In this document: positions 58,856 to 64,000 of the stretch, piece by piece
Layout: each line of letters begins with the position of its first letter
Position numbering within the stretch: the first letter of the stretch is position 1
Source: Octopus sinensis
Taxonomy: Eukaryota
Direction: 5' to 3'
Assembly (NCBI RefSeq): GCF_006345805.1
Contig: NC_042999.1
Span: 163,742,001 to 163,806,000, forward strand
DNA: 64,000 nt
Notes under the pieces: model-generated
Databases searched by the model: none
Told to the model about the DNA's origin: nothing
Seen by the model: only the letters and a program-made list of their open reading frames with translations
Position numbers and translations under genes: made by a program

Positions 58856-58864
58856 TATATATAT

Positions 58865-60130
58865 AGGAATCGCCGTGTGGTAAGAAACTTTCTTCCTAAC
58901 CACATAGCTCCGGGTTCAGTCCCACTGCACGGCATCTGGGGCATGTGTCTTCTAGTATAGCCTTAGGCCGACCAAAACCTTGTGACTGGATTTGGTCGAT
59001 TGATACTGAAAGAAGCCCGTCGTAGATATATATGTATATATTTTAGTTAGTTAGTTAGTTAGTTAATTTGGCTCAAAAGCAAATAGCAAGGCCATGTAGG
59101 GGGACATGGGATTGAGTACAGGGTGGTGTTCATGTAAAGAGTTCAGGCCACTTGAGGTCAAGGGAGGCTTTGAACAAAGCGGGTCGTCGGCATCTTCACA
59201 CCATCTCGTCTGGCAGCTTGTTCCACGGATCCGCAACCGGACGGAGAAAGCTCCTCTCCTTCGATTGAGATGAAATCGTCGCATAGAGCTTTTCGGAATG
59301 ACCCCGCAGCCGACGCTCTGGAGCAGGAGTGAGAACAGCTCTTTCGAGAGGTTACACTTTCCGCTTATGATGTTGTGGGCGAGAATGAGATCACCACGGC
59401 GGCGCGTTTTCCAAGAGAATAAGGTCGAGCGTCTCAGCAGCCTTTCTTCGTAGGTCAAATTTTTGAGACCATGAACCATGCGGGTAGCCAGCTTCTGGAC
59501 TCTTTTGAGATGCTGTATGTCTTTGAGGAGATAAGGAGAAGAGGCTTGAATCCCGTACTCCAATATGGTCTCACCAGCGTGACATAGAGTGGTAGGAAAT
59601 GGCTGCTGTGAGCATTCCGAATGACCGTCGAATCAAGAACAGAATTCCGCGTGCTTTGTTGGCAGCATGGACGCACTGGGCCGAAGGCGAAAAGGAGGAA
59701 TCCACCAAGATACCCAGGTCCTTTACCTGATCGGTCCTCTCCAGCAGCAGACGACCCGGCTCGAAATCAAGTTGAGTTGCAGGAGGAGAGCCAACAGGCA
59801 GATGACAGCACTTTAACACGTTCAGACACAGGTCCCATTCGTTAGACCACTTCCAAATTTGGTGGAGGCATCGACGAAGATCCTCCATATCACCACACAT
59901 TTATGTGTGTATATCTCTGTGTCTGTGTTCTCCCCCCATCACCACCACCACAATCGCATGATAAACGGTGTTGGTGTGTTTACGTCGCCGAAAATTAACG
60001 GTTCGGCAAGAGACCGGTAGGATGAATACCAGACTTACAAAAAATAAGTCCTGGGCTCGCTGTCTTCGACTAAAAGGCGGTGCTCCAGGATGGCAGCAGT
60101 CAAATGACTAAAGCAAGTAAAAAACTAAAA
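58865..60130 (+). mobile_element. SINE family A split by a CR1 insertion (5' half 58865-59042, 3' half 59899-60130)
   Basis: The head and core end at the internal TA tract. The remainder resumes with TGTGTCTGTGTTCTCCCCC and runs to the tail GGCGGTGCTCCAGGATGGCAGCAGTCAAATGAC. Confidence 0.82.
59043..59898 (-). mobile_element. CR1-clade LINE, 5'-truncated, with (AACT)n tail
   Basis: WSNEWDLCLNVLKC, VKDLGILVDS, LYVTLVRP, EYGIQASSPYLLKDIQHLKRVQKLATRMV..YEERL..RGDLI, ending in a tetranucleotide tail. Confidence 0.9.
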
Positions 60131-60216
60131 GAATACATAATAATAATAATAATAATATAATAATAATAATAATATAATAATAATAATAATAATGATAAAA
60201 ACAATAGTAATAATAG

Positions 60217-63200
60217 GAAGCGCTTGAGATGCCGCAGCCTGAACGCATGTCTGCGCAACAGCAACCACGGCATTCCAAGGCCTCCGTTCAGCGGTCGTTG
60301 ACAGCAGATGGATCGCCTGACTAGTGGCACCTGACCCTTCCACAAAAAGTCGAAGAGCAGGCGTACCAGCTTGGCCAACCAGCGGTCGGGACAAGGGACG
60401 ACGGTCAAGCGGTAATAGATGACGGATGCGATGTACGCATTCGCCACCTCCGCTCGACCTTTCAGGGACAGCTTCCTCTCGGCTCATTTCTGGGTGAGAC
60501 GTGCCACCCTGCTCGTCACCTCTTCCCAGTTCTTATCCACCTGGAGGTCCGGACCGAACCAGACCCCGAGCAGTTTAACGGGTCCGTCTGTCCCGCGCCC
60601 TACGACGCTTGTTGGACGGCATGGGCTTGCCTCTTCAGGTGCCCAGTTGCAAGCCCACAGACTTTTCCGCGTTAATCTTTGCCTCTGTCACCGCTTCGTA
60701 CTGGTTTAGTGTCTCGACAATCAGGCCAATGTGCCTGTGGATCGACACCACCACGGTGACGTCGTCGGCATAGGCAGACACGCTGTTTCCGCCTCCTAGA
60801 TCGCGCGGGATACCCCTCAAAGCCTCCAACTTGCGCAGTAATGGCTCGAGAGTCAAAATGTACAAGAGGGAGGAGAGAGGGTATCCTTGGCGGACCGAAC
60901 GCGAGATGTCGAACGGTTCCGAAAGGTGACCGTTCACCCGTATCACCGAGCAGATGTTGCTGTATAAAGCAGCTATCCACCCGCGGAAGACTGGACCGAA
61001 GCCGGCTGCCTTGAGGACACCTGCCAGGTACCGATGGTCGACCCTATCGAAGGCTTTACTCTGATCCAAGTTGATCAAAGCCCCACCCGCGCCAGCGTCG
61101 TTACCCACCTTCTCTATGATGTAGCGCATGAGATGGAGGTTGTCGTGTATCGACCTGGTCGGCACGGCGCGTGTCTGCGTCTTGCCGACCAGCCTGTCCA
61201 CGACAAGCGCCAATCTCTTGGCTAGCACCTTGGCCAAAATCTTCAACTCTGCATTGAGCAGAGTGATGGGCCGGAAATTCCCTATAACGTCCCCCTTGTT
61301 TGGGTCCTTCTTCAGCAAAGCCACTACCCCTCGACAGACAAAAGCAGGAATTCTCCCGTTTTGCTGCCAGTTGCAGTAGACGTTTGCCAACAGGCCCGCA
61401 AACAGTCTGGCATTGAAAAGTAAAGCTCGTAGGGCGACCATCCAACCCGGCGATCTACCTCTCGTGCAACTCTTCATCGCTTCTCCCACTTCCCAGGCAG
61501 ATATCGGTCCTTCGCAGCACTCTGCCTCGCTGTCCGAGAGTTGCGGTAGGCCGTCCATTTACACACCGAAGTCTGCACCGTTGTCCGTTCCACCACCGCT
61601 CGTCCCAACAGTTGAGCAAAGTGCCGCTGAAGCACCGTACACATCTGCTTCGGTCGGTAACCTCGCGCCCGTTCTGGTCCACCAAAGACCGAATGGTTGC
61701 TTTGTTGCCTCGCTTCGCCTCCGCCACGCGGGCCCATCGAGCGGCTCTAGTCCCCTCCCCGCTTAGTGAACGTGCCTTAGCTCTGACAACGCAGCCTTCG
61801 TGTTTGGCGTCGAAGTGTTGGTCGAGGGCCAACCTTGCCCCCAACACGTCGGTCGCGATGCCAGTGTCAAGAGCCTCGTCTAGTTTCTTAACTAAATCCC
61901 GCTCTCTCTTTCTACGTTCAATAGCTAGAGTCTTACTATACCTAATCGACTCTACTCTAATTGCTCTCTTGAGGCAACCACCAGTTGTTGTTGATGATTG
62001 CCCCCGTGAGCGCCCGCTTAACTAGTAAACTAATCCGTCTCTGTAAGCTTTGCACGCCGTTAACGACGCGTTCAGCTTCCAGTAGCCGGGTCCCTGTCTA
62101 TGTAGCCTATCTAAGTCGACCGTACAGATCACTAATTTGTGGTCCGTATATTCGACTAGGTGGAATTGTGGACACCCTACGCTGTCCTTATCCGCTGGCC
62201 TACAAAACACTCTCTATCTAAGTACGATCTAGACGACCCGATGCGATTGGTCCAAGTCCACATGGCACATTCGGGTTTCTAGTCGAAACCTGTCGGACAG
62301 CTGAAAGCGGCCGAGTAGGTTGGCGAGGCTCTTGCAACCCTCCCCCTCTCCTATCAGACGCTCCCCTGCCCACCCGATCGAAACGTTCGTCTAAGACAGC
62401 GTTCCAATCCCCAACTAGCACTAGAGTGCGTGACGTTCCCAGGAAAACTTCCAGACGTTTGAAATAATCCGACTGCCCTGCTCCTGTCGGCGCGTAGGCA
62501 GCCAGCAGTCTGAAAGCACCGCCGTCACTACCGTCCACGTCGAGGACCACCAACTTACCTTCCGGATCCAAGAAGACTGTCCTTATTTTCAAGTCCAGCC
62601 CTTCCGAAACAACACCGCAGTACCACCACCGCCCGCTCCCCCGCCGACACGGAGATAGAATATCTCGTATCCTCCGAAAAGGGCTGCGAGTCCCTGCGGG
62701 TCGGAGAGCCTGGTTTCACTGATGGCTGCTACATCCACATCATGAAACTTCAGGTCGTTTAACAGGTGACCCTGTTTCCAAGGTGACCCGAGGCCTCTCA
62801 CATTCAAGCAACCGATTCTAAGATTTGCCATGCTTCAAAAGTAAGGAAAAAAAGGAGAAAAAAAAGGCTCTACTTATTGTTGTTGGTGGTGGGGGTGGCT
62901 CCCTTGTGCTTTTGCACGGGTGCTTCCACTATATTTTTGTAAAGTTTCTTCGAGAAACTTTTCCCTAGCGATCCCACATCGTTAGGGAAATTTTGCTTGA
63001 TTTCATTATATGTTGTTTTGTTTATTTTTATTGTGAGAATGTGTGCTGGTGGTGTGTTTTTTGTTGGTATAACGAAATCCGTTATATTTGTACTTGCTTT
63101 TTCTTTCAAATACTCAACCAGTTCCTGGTTTCTTGTATTTATTGATGTAAGTGCGTCTGTGTGTGTTTGTGTGTTTGGCAGTGGCAGTAGTGGTGTCGAA

Positions 63201-64000
63201 AGTGTTGTTGTTGTTTGTTGTTGTGAATGTGTGTTGTCGTTGATGTTGTTGTTGATGTTTGGAAGCACTATTTGTTCGTGCTTCCCCTGTGTGTCTTTTT
63301 GTTTTTCTCCTCATTTCTTTTTGGAGGTACCGTGTTCCACTCTCCTTTGTCGGAATCAGTGCTCGCACAATCCGAGCACTCTTCATCCGGCAAAGGAATA
63401 GTTGAGGGTCTGCTTCAGCAGCAGGACGAAAAGTTGTTGGTTCCTCCGGTATCGGGGTGCCGCTGCTCCTGTTGCTGTTGATGTGCTGCTGTCGACCTTC
63501 TAGGTACTGGTTTGTGGTGTTGGTTTTGGTGGTTGTTGCTTGGAGGTGGTGTTGTTTCGTCTTGGTGCTGGTGATGGTGTTGGTGGTGTGCAGCCTTTGG
63601 TGTTTCGTGTTGTTCTGTGGTTTCTGTTGTGTGTTGTTGTTGTTGTTGCTGCCTCTTGCTGTATGCCTCCATTCTCTTTTTTTTGAATGGGGCAGTTCCT
63701 CTTAAAGTGGGCTTTCGCTGCTGCAGAGGAAACATTTTGGCTTTCGCCCCTCTACAGCAACGTTTAGCCTGGTGCCGTCCGCGAACTAACGAAATCTGGG
63801 ACCTTGTTGCTGATATTTTCTTGCTGAATCTGAGCAAGAAGCAGCACTCCCATCCCCAACCAGTTTTTTCTCCCTGACTCTCCTGACATCCAGAATGGTG
63901 GTAGTGTCCTCTATGTCATAGAGGACAGCTGCCACCAGCCATGACATATCGAGTTCAGGCGGGACGAGGTCAATTTTTATTTTGGTCACTCTTCTTTTCC
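60217..64000 (-). mobile_element. L1/Tx1-like LINE (ORF1 part, APE, RT), frameshifted, 3'-truncated, continues past the window edge
   Basis: ORF1 has WLVAAV and a frameshifted KPKCFLC..H...C knuckle. ORF2 start at 62831 reads MANLRIGCLNVRGLGSPWKQ..ISETRL, followed by LVGDWN, FRPITLLN, DQSKAFDRVDH, RQGYPLSSLLY and YADD. Confidence 0.93.

Overview
This is AT-rich, repeat-dense eukaryotic DNA. The SINE families, abundant (CA)n/(TA)n/(TATG)n/(TATC)n tracts and transposon mix fit an octopod cephalopod, but that is inferred from remembered repeat consensi, not from a search. I see no intact, recognisable host gene and no autonomous transposon. The window holds three copies of one mariner family, a second mariner, a maT/Tc1 deletion derivative, a Chapaev (CMC) element, a piggyBac remnant and four Helitrons plus two probable Helitron 5' modules. 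It also holds two L1/Tx1-like LINEs, RTE, CR1 and other LINE fragments, at least four tRNA-SINE families, foldback MITEs and at least four Penelope-like (GIY-YIG) fragments. The most notable observations are: (1) type I hammerhead ribozyme motifs in the Penelope-like elements, including an opposite-strand pair with an unusually long branched stem II (6.6 and 7.6 kb) and a variant minimal motif (46.8 kb); (2) a 3.8-kb mirror-symmetric pair of composite Helitrons (7.7-11.5 kb); (3) two large palindromes (15.6-17.6 and 17.7-18.7 kb); (4) a 40-nt in-frame insert in a mariner that matches a sequence 2.8 kb away; (5) a candidate chain of phase-compatible small exons (30.5-38.3 kb) whose splice donor is overlapped by the Chapaev target-site duplication. 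Identities are by eye, and coordinates of degenerate ends are approximate.
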